A stretch of 32,345 nucleotides of DNA, taken from NCBI RefSeq assembly GCF_001194135.2, contig NC_069009.1:2095642-2127986 (forward strand), given 5' to 3'. Position numbers and translations under genes: made by a program. The notes under the pieces are model-generated. The model was not told where the DNA came from. It saw nothing but the letters and a program-made list of their open reading frames with translations, and did no database searches. This stretch comes from Octopus bimaculoides (Eukaryota). Positions 9,474 through 21,680 of the stretch are shown here, piece by piece. How positions within the stretch are numbered: the stretch's first letter is position 1; every line of letters begins with the position of its first letter.

Positions 9474-12468
9474 GCAAACATGTACGTGCACTCATAAATA
9501 CACACACACACACACACAGGGATCACACGTCCCAGTTGGTGCCCCAGGCATTTTTCATTATTTCAACTACTTTCCTTAAATACTGGAAACAGAAAGGAAT
9601 CGGCGAGACGAGGAGGAGGAGGAGGAAGAGGAAGACCAAGAAGAAGAAGAGCAAGAGGGATTATCTGTCTGTGCCTCTGTGTATATCCATCTCTCTCTCT
9701 CTCTCTTTATGTGTCCCATGTCTCCGTTAATCTCTGTCCTGTTTATTACGAACGTTTCGTGTCTGTCCGCAATAATCTGCTGTAACGCCGTATACGTGTC
9801 GTTGAGGTGCATTCGAGGCCCCCCACCCGGTTTTTTTTTTCTCGCTCTCTCTCTGGACCAATGTTACCAGTGTGACATCAACCCAACTTTTCCCCACTGG
9901 GTCCACACGCGCGTACGTTCGGTCGGAGTACATTCTGGCCTCACCTGCTTTACATTACCTACCTGCCTAAACTGCCTTCCTGCATGCCTTTTCGTCTGTC
10001 TCTCCGTCTCATAGTGTCCGTCCATCTACGTTTTGTAAGTATGTGAGCGAACGCGTGGCATGCTTGCCAATGTGCCCATCCTTTGGAGCATGCAATTTTC
10101 CAAGAACAAACAGTAAGAAAGTTTAAAGAAAACAAAAATTACAAAAAAAAATTAAAAAATAATAATAATTTCCATGCATTGGTGTTGTAGTTTGGTGCAG
10201 TTTTGTGGTTATTGAGTAGTGGTAGTGATAATGATTATTATTATTGTTATTATTATTATTATCAATGGTTATTGTTATTCCATGCGAGGTCTCACTGTCG
10301 AATGACGGCGCCAGACTAAAAAGTCACTGNNNNNNNNNNNNNNNNNNNNNNNNNNNNNNNNNNNNNNNNNNNNNNNNNNNNNNNNNNNNNNNNNNNNNNN
10401 NNNNNNNNNNNNNNNNNNNNNNNNNNNNNNNNNNNNNNNNNNNNNNNNNNNNNNNNNNNNNNNNNNNNNNNNNNNNNNNNNNNNNNNNNNNNNNNNNNNN
10501 NNNNNNNNNNNNNNNNNNNNNNNNNNNNNNNNNNNNNNNNNNNNNNNNNNNNNNNNNNNNNNNNNNNNNNNNNNNNNNNNNNNNNNNNNNNNNNNNNNNN
10601 NNNNNNNNNNNNNNNNNNNNNNNNNNNNNNNNNNNNNNNNNNNNNNNNNNNNNNNNNNNNNNNNNNNNNNNNNNNNNNNNNNNNNNNNNNNNNNNNNNNN
10701 NNNNNNNNNNNNNNNNNNNNNNNNNNNNNNNNNNNNNNNNNNNNNNNNNNNNNNNNNNNNNNNNNNNNNNNNNNNNNNNNNNNNNNNNNNNNNNNNNNNN
10801 NNNNNNNNNNNNNNNNNNNNNNNNNNNNNNNNNNNNNNNNNNNNNNNNNNNNNNNNNNNNNNNNNNNNNNNNNNNNNNNNNNNNNNNNNNNNNNNNNNNN
10901 NNNNNNNNNNNNNNNNNNNNNNNNNNNNNNNNNNNNNNNNNNNNNNNNNNNNNNNNNNNNNNNNNNNNNNNNNNNNNNNNNNNNNNNNNNNNNNNNNNNN
11001 NNNNNNNNNNNNNNNNNNNNNNNNNNNNNNNNNNNNNNNNNNNNNNNNNNNNNNNNNNNNNNNNNNNNNNNNNNNNNNNNNNNNNNNNNNNNNNNNNNNN
11101 NNNNNNNNNNNNNNNNNNNNNNNNNNNNNNNNNNNNNNNNNNNNNNNNNNNNNNNNNNNNNNNNNNNNNNNNNNNNNNNNNNNNNNNNNNNNNNNNNNNN
11201 NNNNNNNNNNNNNNNNNNNNNNNNNNNNNNNNNNNNNNNNNNNNNNNNNNNNNNNNNNNNNNNNNNNNNNNNNNNNNNNNNNNNNNNNNNNNNNNNNNNN
11301 NNNNNNNTATATATATATATATATATGTTTGTGTCTCTGTCCCCGCCACCATCGCTTGACAACCGATGTTGGTGTGTTTATGTCCCCTTAACTTAGCGGT
11401 TTCGGCAAAACAGACCGATAGAATAAGTACTGGGCTTACAAAGAACAAGTCCTGGGGTCGATTTGCTCGACTAAAAGCGGTGCTCCAGCATGGCCACAGT
11501 AAAATAACTGAAACAAGTAAAAANNNNNNNNNNNNNNNNNNNNNNNNNNNNNNNNNNNNNNNNNNNNNNNNNNNNNNNNNNNNNNNNNNNNNNNNNNNNN
11601 NNNNNNNNNNNNNNNNNNNNNNNNNNNNNNNNNNNNNNNNNNNNNNNNNNNNNNNNNNNNNNNNNNNNNNNNNNNNNNNNNNNNNNNNNNNNNNNNNNNN
11701 NNNNNNNNNNNNNNNNNNNNNNNNNNNNNNNNNNNNNNNNNNNNNNNNNNNNNNNNNNNNNNNNNNNNNNNNNNNNNNNNNNNNNNNNNNNNNNNNNNNN
11801 NNNNNNNNNNNNNNNNNNNNNNNNNNNNNNNNNNNNNNNNNNNNNNNNNNNNNNNNNNNNNNNNNNNNNNNNNNNNNNNNNNNNNNNNNNNNNNNNNNNN
11901 NNNNNNNNNNNNNNNNNNNNNNNNNNNNNNNNNNNNNNNNNNNNNNNNNNNNNNNNNNNNNNNNNNNNNNNNNNNNNNNNNNNNNNNNNNNNNNNNNNNN
12001 NNNNNNNNNNNNNNNNNNNNNNNNNNNNNNNNNNNNNNNNNNNNNNNNNNNNNNNNNNNNNNNNNNNNNNNNNNNNNNNNNNNNNNNNNNNNNNNNNNNN
12101 NNNNNNNNNNNNNNNNNNNNNNNNNNNNNNNNNNNNNNNNNNNNNNNNNNNNNNNNNNNNNNNNNNNNNNNNNNNNNNNNNNNNNNNNNNNNNNNNNNNN
12201 NNNNNNNNNNNNNNNNNNNNNNNNNNNNNNNNNNNNNNNNNNNNNNNNNNNNNNNNNNNNNNNNNNNNNNNNNNNNNNNNNNNNNNNNNNNNNNNNNNNN
12301 NNNNNNNNNNNNNNNNNNNNNNNNNNNNNNNNNNNNNNNNNNNNNNNNNNNNNNNNNNNNNNNNNNNNNNNNNNNNNNNNNNNNNNNNNNNNNNNNNNNN
12401 NNNNNNNNNNNNNNNNNNNNNNNNNNNNNNNNNNNNNNNNNNNNNNNNNNNNNNNNNNNNNNNNNNNN

Positions 12469-12699
12469 GGGATATTCAGCGTGACACAGAGTGTGACAAG
12501 GCTGACTCTTTGAATTACAGACACAACAGAAACAGGAAGTAAGAGTGAGAGAAAGTTGTGGTGAAAGAGTACAGCAGGGTTCGCCACCATCCCCTGCCGG
12601 AGCCTCGTGGAGCTTTAGGTATTTTCGCTCAAGAAACACTCACAACGCCCGGTCTGGGAATCGAAACCGCGAGTCCGCTGCCCTAACCACTGGGCCTCC
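12469..12699 (-). mobile_element. SINE family A, partial (runs into a gap)
   Basis: Near-identical to the corresponding part of the 5079-5471 copy. Confidence 0.82.
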
Positions 12700-13756
12700 A
12701 CCATTATAGAGTAACTAGCAGCTAAACCCGGTCGGTTTAGCATTCGCCTTGTTTGGGCACGCTTACGTTAAAAAACAATTTTAGAATGACTTTTTTCTGT
12801 CAAAACGCTAAAAATAACTGACCGACAAAAGAAAAACCAACCAAATCAAAAAATAAACCCACATAGTAAGTGAAAAAAGATGCAAAACAACAGAAATATA
12901 AAAAAAATAAAACAAAAATTAAAAGAAATAAAAAAATAAGTCAGATATCCTTTAAATTTTCAAAGGTCAAAAAACAACAAAAAAATGAATAACCGGAAAA
13001 CATGAAATACCTCAACCTCAATGCGAAATATTACACAAAATTTAAAAACCAAAAAGAAAAAAAAAAAACCCATCTGAAACTGGAAAAAAAATAACTGAGA
13101 TACTACAAAGAATGACTTCACAAAAAATCCCACTTCCACTGCACGCACACACGAACACATTCACATACCCCCTTTTACATACATACACATATTCACAGAG
13201 TTGAAATGCTGTTTGATTTATTTTTTCAGCGTACAATTTTCATCATCCCACTACCAAGTCTGACATCACCCCTTCCTTCCTTATTCATAAACACAAGAGT
13301 ATTATTATAGTAGATTATCTCGGTAACCATGGGAGCCATGAAAAAAATACAAAGCCTTGCATCAGCTCCAGATCATTCTACACATCTGTGTAATTTTTCG
13401 CGCAATTCCACCCAGCCGTTTGACCATGAATCCCAAGACACGAAAGAATCGCCCATAGATAAAGAAACTGGAATTGATCTAATCAAAGTATAGTAATTAA
13501 GACGATTAGTATTAATGAGATTAAAAGATATAATGGATCCTTTTGGTTTGACGGGCAATTATCTGTTCTATAATACAAAATATACAAGTATACGAAGTTT
13601 GAAAGTGTTTCGGTACCAAAAACACTACATAAAACATTAATGAAAAATGTTTCCCGTCAAACCAAAAGGATCCTAAATATTTACTTACAATATATTTACA
13701 CGAGTTCAACTGCCTTACAGACGAAGCTGAATATAGGTTCCACAATATGAACATTG

Positions 13757-14368
13757 TGTGTTGTTTGTTGGCACTCCGTCGCTTATGACGACGAGGGTTC
13801 CAGTTGATCCGATCAACGGAACAGCCTACTCGTGAAATTAACGTGCAAGTGGCTGAGCACTCCACACACACGTGTACCCTTAATGTAGTTCTCGGGAATA
13901 TTCAGCGTGACACAGAGTGTGACAAGGCTGACCCTTTGAAATACAGGCACAACGGAAACAGGAAGTAAGAGTGAGAGAAAGTTGTGGTGAAAGAGTACAG
14001 CAGGGTTCGCCACCATCCCCTGCCGGAGCCTCGTGGAGCATTAGGTGTTTTCGCTCAATAAACACAACACCCGGTCTGGGAATCGAAACCGCGAGTCCGC
14101 TGCCCTAACCACTGGGCCATTGCGCCTCCACAGAGTGTGACAAGGCTGACCCTTTCAATTACAGGTACAACAGAAACGGGAAGTAAGAGTGGGAGGAAGT
14201 TGTGGTGAAAGAGTACAGCAGGGTTCGCTACCATCCCCTGCCGAAGCCTCGTGGAGCATTAGGTGTTTTCGCTCAATAAACACTCACAACGCCCGGTCTG
14301 GGAATCGAAACCGCGATCCTATGACCGCGAGTCCGCTGCCCTAAGCACTAGGCCGTTGCGACTCCACA
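13757..14368 (-). mobile_element. SINE family A full copy plus adjacent tandem partial copy
   Basis: Copy at ~13757-14130 is followed directly by a second head-containing ~240-bp segment joined at ccacagag. Confidence 0.85.
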
Positions 14369-14734
14369 CTATGAACTGAAAAGACCAAATTTCTCAAGCC
14401 AGATAAATTGACATAAATAAACTCTTTCGAATGTCAAGTGAAGAATTTGTTACGAATAGTTAGATTTGCTCAGGATTACTTGACAATTCTGTGACCATTA
14501 TAACAAGGAAAGCGAATATGTTACATTCCATGTTTTAGATGAAGCTGATAGACTGAGGAGCTTCGAACGACATAGTTGATAGGAGAAACTGAATTAACTT
14601 TCGATTTGAAGACGTGTTCTAACCTTGGGTAGATGTTGTTACTCGAACACCAACACTACCTGGGTCTGTCCATGCACAACTAACTTGCGCTCCAGTGAAA
14701 AAAAAATGTTTTTATCGAGTCTTGGTGTTACAAG

Positions 14735-15065
14735 GTGTTTTTGTTGGTCCCACACATAATAATCCCGGGGGTTGCAGTCTGGGGAGTTAGGCGGTTAGAT
14801 GTTAAGGGGTGATGTGGTCGCAGAAATTGTCTGACTGCCATGACATGGTTTTCCTGCTTCTATGTCCTGTTGCCAGACATAGGGGTCTTCCAGCAGCCCC
14901 ACTCTTGAGCCAGGGCAGCTCTACCTCCTCCAGACACTTGATATAGGCTTCTATGTTGTGTGTGAGGCCGTGTGGGAAGATGAATGGAGGCATAACGTCA
15001 CCATCACTAGTGATCACTCCAAACACCATGATGTTGACTGGATGTTTGATTTTTATCACTCTCGG
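14735..15065 (-). mobile_element. Tc1/mariner superfamily (maT/DD37D-like) transposase remnant
   Basis: KHPVNIMVFGVITSDGDVMPPFIFPHG...CLEEVELPW...DNFCDHITPNI*PPNSPDCNPRDYYVW; has a stop and deletions. Confidence 0.8.
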
Positions 15066-15568
15066 TACATGTCATCAGATTGACACCCAAACACTCTGCA
15101 ATGTTCGTATTGGAACTTCCAGAGTGAATGATTTTATTATTATCCATGAAGGACGAACACAGAGAGGACAGTACAATATGATCTGGGGGNNNNNNNNNNN
15201 NNNNNNNNNNNNNNNNNNNNNNNNNNNNNNNNNNNNNNNNNNNNNNNNNNNNNNNNNNNNGGGGGGGGGGTCATATAACACGAAATGAGAACTTCCAGAG
15301 CGAATGCCAAGCAATACAGCATGTTGTTTCCAATTTTATGGCAGAGTGAATTGCGTCACGGTGCTGTGTTTCTCACAGATGGTGCCCAACCGACCCAACT
15401 ATATTGTGTAGTCGACAAAATCGAAAACAAAATTTGCGCATGCATGAAATTAAAAATATGAAATGGCAACAATAAGCAGAGTATAATATCATAAACATCA
15501 AAATAATATTAACAGCAATAACATAATAACATAAACAACGACGTAAGATACGAAGCAGAAACGAGGAT

Positions 15569-15700
15569 TCAGTCGTATATGGTGAAGAACATAGCATGGT
15601 CATGTTCTGGAAGATTCCTTCGTTTAGACCAGTGTGTTAGGGCTTTTAGGAACTGGTCAGTTTTAATCTCAGGTTTGTGTGTGTGTGTATATATCACCCG
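15569..15700 (-). pseudogene. Possible isolated fragment of a reprolysin (M12B/ADAMTS-like) metalloprotease exon
   Basis: PEIKTDQFLKALTHWSKRRNLPEHDHAMFFTIYD* resembles the recalled invertebrate M12B motif F..W.....LP.HDHAMLFT.YDL; ends in a stop and lacks clean splice sites. Confidence 0.35.
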
Positions 15701-16384
15701 GTCCGGGCATGGAAAAGGACAAAAATATAAAAAGGAAATCAACCGGCGGGTTAGTGGGAACCCAAACTAAAAAAGAACTTTCTAATCTTTAACTAATAAT
15801 TTCTATCTGGTCATATCATATTATATTATATATTATCATCTTCATTTATAAAAATCCATTCGTTAAAAGCAGAAGACCCATAGATATGTTCTCGTCTGTC
15901 CTTGTTTGTCCCCTCTATGTATCCTTATATACGAATAAAAGAAATTCTGTGTGTATATATAAACATGCTAGTGTTTGTGTGAAACAAGACAAAGTGTATT
16001 AAAAAATATCTTTTACATACCTACAAAAATGACTGGATATATATAGATCCCAGGATGTATAAAGACCTAAGCTGCAGAACAGTTTTGTAATGACAACAAG
16101 AGCTTACACTTTTCCTCTAGCAATTTTGCGCGCCCAAATTTTAGGCGGGTATTTCGTATGGAGAGAGAGGAGGAGAGAGTGAATGAGTGTGTAAAGGGGT
16201 GTTTTGTCATTTATGTTATTTTGTTTTGTTTTTGTTTTTTGGCCTGTACAATATAAATTTTGAAATGCAGATTTTTTTTACAGATTCGGTATAGTGTGTT
16301 CATGTAAAAATAAAATTAAAAAATATCTCAAAGGGGATGTGATCCATGATCTTTACCTCCGCCGATTTTTACATGTCCCGGTGA

Positions 16385-16790
16385 CCGTTCTATGAAATTT
16401 TGGGAATGATTTACCGTATGGTGAATATAACCGAGTATGTGGGGATTGCAATAGTTTGCCGAATTGTCAGTCATAACAGTAGTTCCTGGAAGAGCGTTTT
16501 GTCTGATAAGATTCTCCAACGTTTCTGTACTCCTATCGGCTACACGTTGAAGAAATCATTTTCTGATTGTGGTGTCATAACATCCGACAACCCAAATTTT
16601 GCGACACATTCTTCCTACATTGTTCTTGCTATTGAAGAACAAGCTTTCATCGATCTCCACTCTATGATCAGGACCACCAAATGGGAGTTTTATCCTGCAG
16701 TAGTTTTGCCGAACAAACATCTCTACAGAACTGGTAACACTGAACGGCAGTTTTTATATCAATGCAATTCATACTTGCAGATATCGTCAC
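16385..16790 (-). mobile_element. Merlin (IS1595/ISXO2-like DDE) transposase remnant
   Basis: GGPDHRVEIDESLFFNSKNNVGR..IWVVG...*FLQRVADRSTETLENLIRQNALPGTTVMTD...GYIHHTVNHSQNF; contains an internal stop and frameshifts. Confidence 0.82.
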
Positions 16791-17469
16791 AGGCAATTCG
16801 AATATAAAATCAAACACTAAATGAAAAATTAGATATAATGGTAGCTTAGAGTTTTCTGTAACTGTACCTTTCCTGATGGAAAGAGGTTTTGTTTTACATT
16901 TAGCACACTTTCTATTGACAAGCCCGTCTCAATAAATCCTCTGTTCACTGTTCCAACGTTTACATTGGCATCTAGGGTGGGTATCACTGGCATTACTTAT
17001 GATGTCAGCCAAATTTCTTCCTGGCCCATTGTATACTCAAACCCTTTCTTTCTGATCATATCCAGAAAACTGCACGCAGTCCTGTGCATGTCCCGTTGTT
17101 TCATTGGGTTCGCATAGGTGGGGGAGGACTCAATGTTCATTACTCCATCTGAGTCTGTCATTAGTAAGTTAATCTTCAAGTTTGTGCAACATGCCTGAGT
17201 TCTTGTAAATATTTGGAAGCTACAGGTTTTGTGGAACAGGAGTGGAGGAGCTGCACTTTGTGGTTTATGGTCCAACCAGGTTTCAGTATCAAGCACAGGT
17301 CATCTATGGTTACCTTCATACTTTGGTTGATCATCATCGTTTAACGTCCGCTTTCCATGCTAGTGGGTGCACAAGGGCCAGTCTGGCGGTACTGTCAACG
17401 GAGTTAGTTATATGCTGGATGCCCTCCATCATGCACTTCTCAGTTTCCCCAATACAGTCACATGGGGTT

Positions 17470-17830
17470 GTCCTAATCAGAATATTAATATAATCTACAT
17501 ACCTATACATAGTATAGCAATGCTGCTACAGATTGTCTGAGTCTTCCGTCCCACCAGATTATGATGAGGATGGCCACATCCCCAGTCACACTGACATGGA
17601 TAGCTGATCCTTATGACCTGAACATACAATTTCTTGTTAAAATTCTGTGTGGTTCTTCAAAGTGGTTTTCATGCCAGCACCTATAGCATGTGCAATCGTC
17701 TTTTTCACCTGATTGCTGTTCTCTGGGTCAATATGGCCCAGCAAATCCAGTGTTCCTGTGGTGGTTTTCACTTCATCATTCAGACCTGGTGGGCAGAATC
17801 TTTGCCTAGGTAATCACAGACATAGGTTAG
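17470..17830 (-). mobile_element. Second decayed PLE-type reverse transcriptase remnant
   Basis: Frameshifted KTTLKNH / NFNKKLYVQ / GSAIHVSVTGDVAILIIWWD / YRYVDYINI resemble the PLE RT motif series KNH.Y.FN.K.Y.Q..GGAIG..LTG..A.I.M..WD...YxRYVDDINI. Confidence 0.65.
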
Positions 17831-18044
17831 TTTTGGGAGGAGGCCCAGTTCCCTCATGTTGACCTCACAGAACTCAGCTTTCATTGATTATCTCAATGCA
17901 TTTCTTCCTAGCAAAATCTGTGTCACTAGACAGCTAGAGTGATACCACATCCATACTTCCTTTATGAACAATAAATTCTTCCCTGCTAACTTTGTATTCC
18001 TTATTATAATAGTTACAGGTACAATTATATCTTTATCATCCTCA

Positions 18045-18372
18045 TCATCATCATTGTTTAACGTCCACTTTCCATGCTAGCATGGGTTGGACGATTTGAC
18101 TGGGGACTGGTGAAACCAGATGGCTACACCAGGCTCCAATCTGATCTGGCAGAGTTTCTACAGCTGGATGCCCTTCCTAATGCCAACCACTCCAAGAGTG
18201 TAGTTTATATATATATATATATCATCATCATCGTTTAACGTCCGCTTTGCATGTTAGCATGGGTTGGACAATTTGACTGAGGACTGGTGAACCGGATGGC
18301 TACACCAGGCTCCAATCTGATCTGGCAGAATTTCTACAGCTGGATGCCCTTCCTAACGCCAACCACTCCAAG
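18045..18372 (-). mobile_element. Two tandem family B 3' fragments
   Basis: catcatcgtttaacgtcc..ttccatgctagcatgggttggac..ggatgcccttcctaa occurs twice. Confidence 0.78.
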
Positions 18373-19539
18373 AATGGGAGACAAACAGAACGTCTGTAAT
18401 TCTTCAGTTATTGAACTGGTCAATAACTGATGAAGAATTGCAGACCTTCCATTTGTCTCCTGTTCGTTTTTACATTCAGTATATGTTATGCTGCTTGTTT
18501 ATACATTTTTCATTTATATATATACATATATATATTAGCTTAAAAGCTGCACTTTGAGCAGATTTTTAAGCTAGCTCCTGTGTAGGGCTAATTGGGGCTG
18601 TGGCNNNNNNNNNNNNNNNNNNNNNNNNNNNNNNNNNNNNNNNNNNNNNNNNNNNNNNNNNNNNNNNNNNNNNNNNNNNNNNNNNNNNNNNNNNNNNNNN
18701 NNNNNNNNNNNNNNNNNNNNNNNNNNNNNNNNNNNNNNNNNNNNNNNNNNNNNNNNNNNNNNNNNNNNNNNNNNNNNNNNNNNNNNNNNNNNNNNNNNNN
18801 NNNNNNNNNNNNNNNNNNNNNNNNNNNNNNNNNNNNNNNNNNNNNNNNNNNNNNNNNNNNNNNNNNNNNNNNNNNNNNNNNNNNNNNNNNNNNNNNNNNN
18901 NNNNNNNNNNNNNNNNNNNNNNNNNNNNNNNNNNNNNNNNNNNNNNNNNNNNNNNNNNNNNTACAGCTGGATGCCCTTCCTAACGCCAACCACTCCAAGA
19001 GTGTAGCTTATATATATATCATCATCATCGTTTAACGTCCGCTTTCCATGCTAGCATGGGTTGGACGATCTGACTGAGGACTGGTGAACCAGATGGCTAC
19101 ACCAGGCTCCAATCTGATCTAGCAGAGTTTCTACAGCTGGATGCCCTTCCTAACGCCAACCACTCCAAGAATGGGAGACAAACAGAACGTCTGTAATTCT
19201 TCAGTTATTGAACTGGTCAATAACTGATGAAGAATTGCAGACCTTCCATTTGTCTCCTGTTCGTTTTTACATTCAGTATATGTTATGCTGCTTGTTTATA
19301 CATTTTTCATTTATATATATACATATATATATTAGCTTAAAAGCTGCACTTTGAGCAGATTTTTAAGCTAGCTCCTGTGTAGGGCTAATTGGGGCTGTGG
19401 CCCAAAACTAACGAGAGCTAAATAGCATGACTATAATACATCTATAATGACTATATACCCTTTTGGTGTTTGATCAGAGGTTGAGGATGTATGAGAATTA
19501 ATTCTGCAATGTGTAGGAGTGGCTGTGTGGTAAGTAGCT

Positions 19540-19849
19540 TGTCGAAATAGGCCCCGAGTTGTCACAGCAGGCTTGCCTGTGGACAGCAAAAAAGTTGCTC
19601 CGGGAGGTGTAGGAGGCTTAAGTGCCTATCCATTGATTGTTAAATTGTGTTATTTTAATTTTGATTTAATATTGATTTGATTGTATGTAAATTGAATTGT
19701 TAGAGAACAGTGATTTCGAGGTGTTGTCACTCGGCGGGCGTCAAATACCCCTCTCATTTATAACATTCACATTCCATTAATGTAAATGTCCAACCCACAT
19801 TGCTTCTTTGCTTCTATGTAAGGCCTTCATGGCCAATTTGAATGAAATA
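19540..19849 (+). mobile_element. 5'-truncated non-LTR retrotransposon 3' end inserted in a SINE head
   Basis: Flanked by an 8-bp duplication aagtagct (19532-19539 / 19850-19857); short ORF end followed by a UTR ending in aataa(a); the SINE sequence resumes after it. Confidence 0.6.
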
Positions 19850-21619
19850 AAGTAGCTGGCTTACCAACCACATAGTTCTGGGTTCAATCCCACTGTGTGG
19901 CACCTTGGGCAAGTGTCTTCTACTATAGCCTTGGGCTGATCAAAGCCTTGTAAGTGGATTTGGTAGACGGAAACTGAAACAAGCCTGTCGTACATGTGTG
20001 TGTCATCATCATCATCATCATCATCGTTTAATGTCCGCTTTCCNNNNNNNNNNNNNNNNNNNNNNNNNNNNNNNNNNNNNNNNNNNNNNNNNNNNNNNNN
20101 NNNNNNNNNNNNNNNNNNNNNNNNNNNNNNNNNNNNNNNNNNNNNNNNNNNNNNNNNNNNNNNNNNNNNNNNNNNNNNNNNNNNNNNNNNNNNNNNNNNN
20201 NNNNNNNNNNNNNNNNNNNNNNNNNNNNNNNNNNNNNNNNNNNNNNNNNNNNNNNNNNNNNNNNNNNNNNNNNNNNNNNNNNNNNNNNNNNNNNNNNNNN
20301 NNNNNNNNNNNNNNNNNNNNNNNNNNNNNNNNNNNNNNNNNNNNNNNNNNNNNNNNNNNNNNNNNNNNNNNNNNNNNNNNNNNNNNNNNNNNNNNNNNNN
20401 NNNNNNNNNNNNNNNNNNNNNNNNNNNNNNNNNNNNNNNNNNNNNNNNNNNNNNNNNNNNNNNNNNNNNNNNNNNNNNNNNNNNNNNNNNNNNNNNNNNN
20501 NNNNNNNNNNNNNNNNNNNNNNNNNNNNNNNNNNNNNNNNNNNNNNNNNNNNNNNNNNNNNNNNNNNNNNNNNNNNNNNNNNNNNNNNNNNNNNNNNNNN
20601 NNNNNTATATATATATATATATGTGTGTGTCTGTGTTTGTCCCCCCAACATCACTTGACAACCGATGCTAGTGTGTTTACGTCCCCCGTAACTTAGTGGT
20701 TCGGCAAAAAAGAGACCGATACAATAAGTACTAGGCTTACAAAGAATAAACCCTGGGGTCGATTTGCTCGACTAAAGGCGGTGCTCCAGCATGGCCGCAG
20801 TCAAAAGACTGAAACAAGTAAAAGAGAGAGAGTAAGAGTAATGCAATCATTCTATGATTCCAGTCCCAAGTTGAATTCCAATTTGTCTGATCTCAATCTG
20901 AAATTAATGAATGTCATTTATCTCCCCCTCCATCTCTGACATCATCTGACAAATTGCCAAACCAAGATTGGGGGAATCAGCCAAACTTTTTTACCTGCTA
21001 GAAATAGCAGCCCAAATGCTTTAAAATCAGATCCCAGTACTGGATGTACAAGAACCAAATGAAGGGCAGATCTTCAATCCCAGGATCATCCTAATTCCAA
21101 AAAGATATATGTCTATGCAGAATAGGCTGAGATATAGGAGGTCCTGGACAGACAGAATTTTGCTTTAATTACTATAGATATAAGAGGTTAAGAAGTTGGT
21201 TGTTAAAAATGTATGTATTGTCCTTCTGTTTTCCATGATAAATTTCTTCAAAAATTTTCTTATTTTTCTAATATATATATATATATACCGAAGTTCAGAA
21301 ATAGCAGCTATTTCTGAACTTCGGTATGTGGTGAAGCAACTGTTGCTGATCCCTTAATTATGTTTATAAATTTATAAGAACTTTTAAATAAGTTCTTCAC
21401 CGATAATGGTGTTTACATACCGAAGGGCTTGGTAAAAATTATTAATTCTTAATTTATTAATAAATTAATAATCCTTTACCCTTTTATTTATAATAATATA
21501 TATATATATATATATTGATAGGAAGGACAACAAAAGAAAGAAAGAGACCTCGATATTATGTATATATATATATATATATATATATCTGTAAAAATATGTG
21601 ACACTTATTCAGTAGCCAT

Positions 21620-21680
21620 GATAAAACTCCGAGTTTCGGATGCTGGGGTGGGAGCCCATGCCAACATCTCTTCAGTTATC
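21620..21680 (-). ncRNA. Slightly degenerate type I hammerhead motif in the PLE terminal region
   Basis: Minus strand GAUAA-CUGAAGA-GAUGUUGG...CCAGCAUC-C-GAAA-CUCGGAG-U-U-UUAUC: 5-bp stem I, 8-bp stem II, near-palindromic stem III, GUU triplet. Confidence 0.65.

Noticed and set aside
10040-10110. Minus-strand CSKGWAHWQACHAF resembling a C-type lectin or TSP1 start
   Set aside because: The spacing is off and the downstream cysteines are missing; probably chance.
10244-12639. Long ORFs spanning N runs (also at 18571-19035, 19861-20696, 24214-24723 and 29637-30247)
   Set aside because: Artefacts of translating assembly gaps.
13880-14065. Recurrent ORFs MFIERKHL.../[11 protein letters not shown].../MIGSTGTL...
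   Set aside because: They recur only because they lie within SINE family A copies; no protein homology was recognised.
18159-19403. ~445-bp direct duplication (18159-18604 versus 18962-19403) flanking a gap
   Set aside because: The first copy ends at the gap exactly where the second continues, and the few differences lie in the SINE part. Most likely an overlapping-contig or haplotype artefact.
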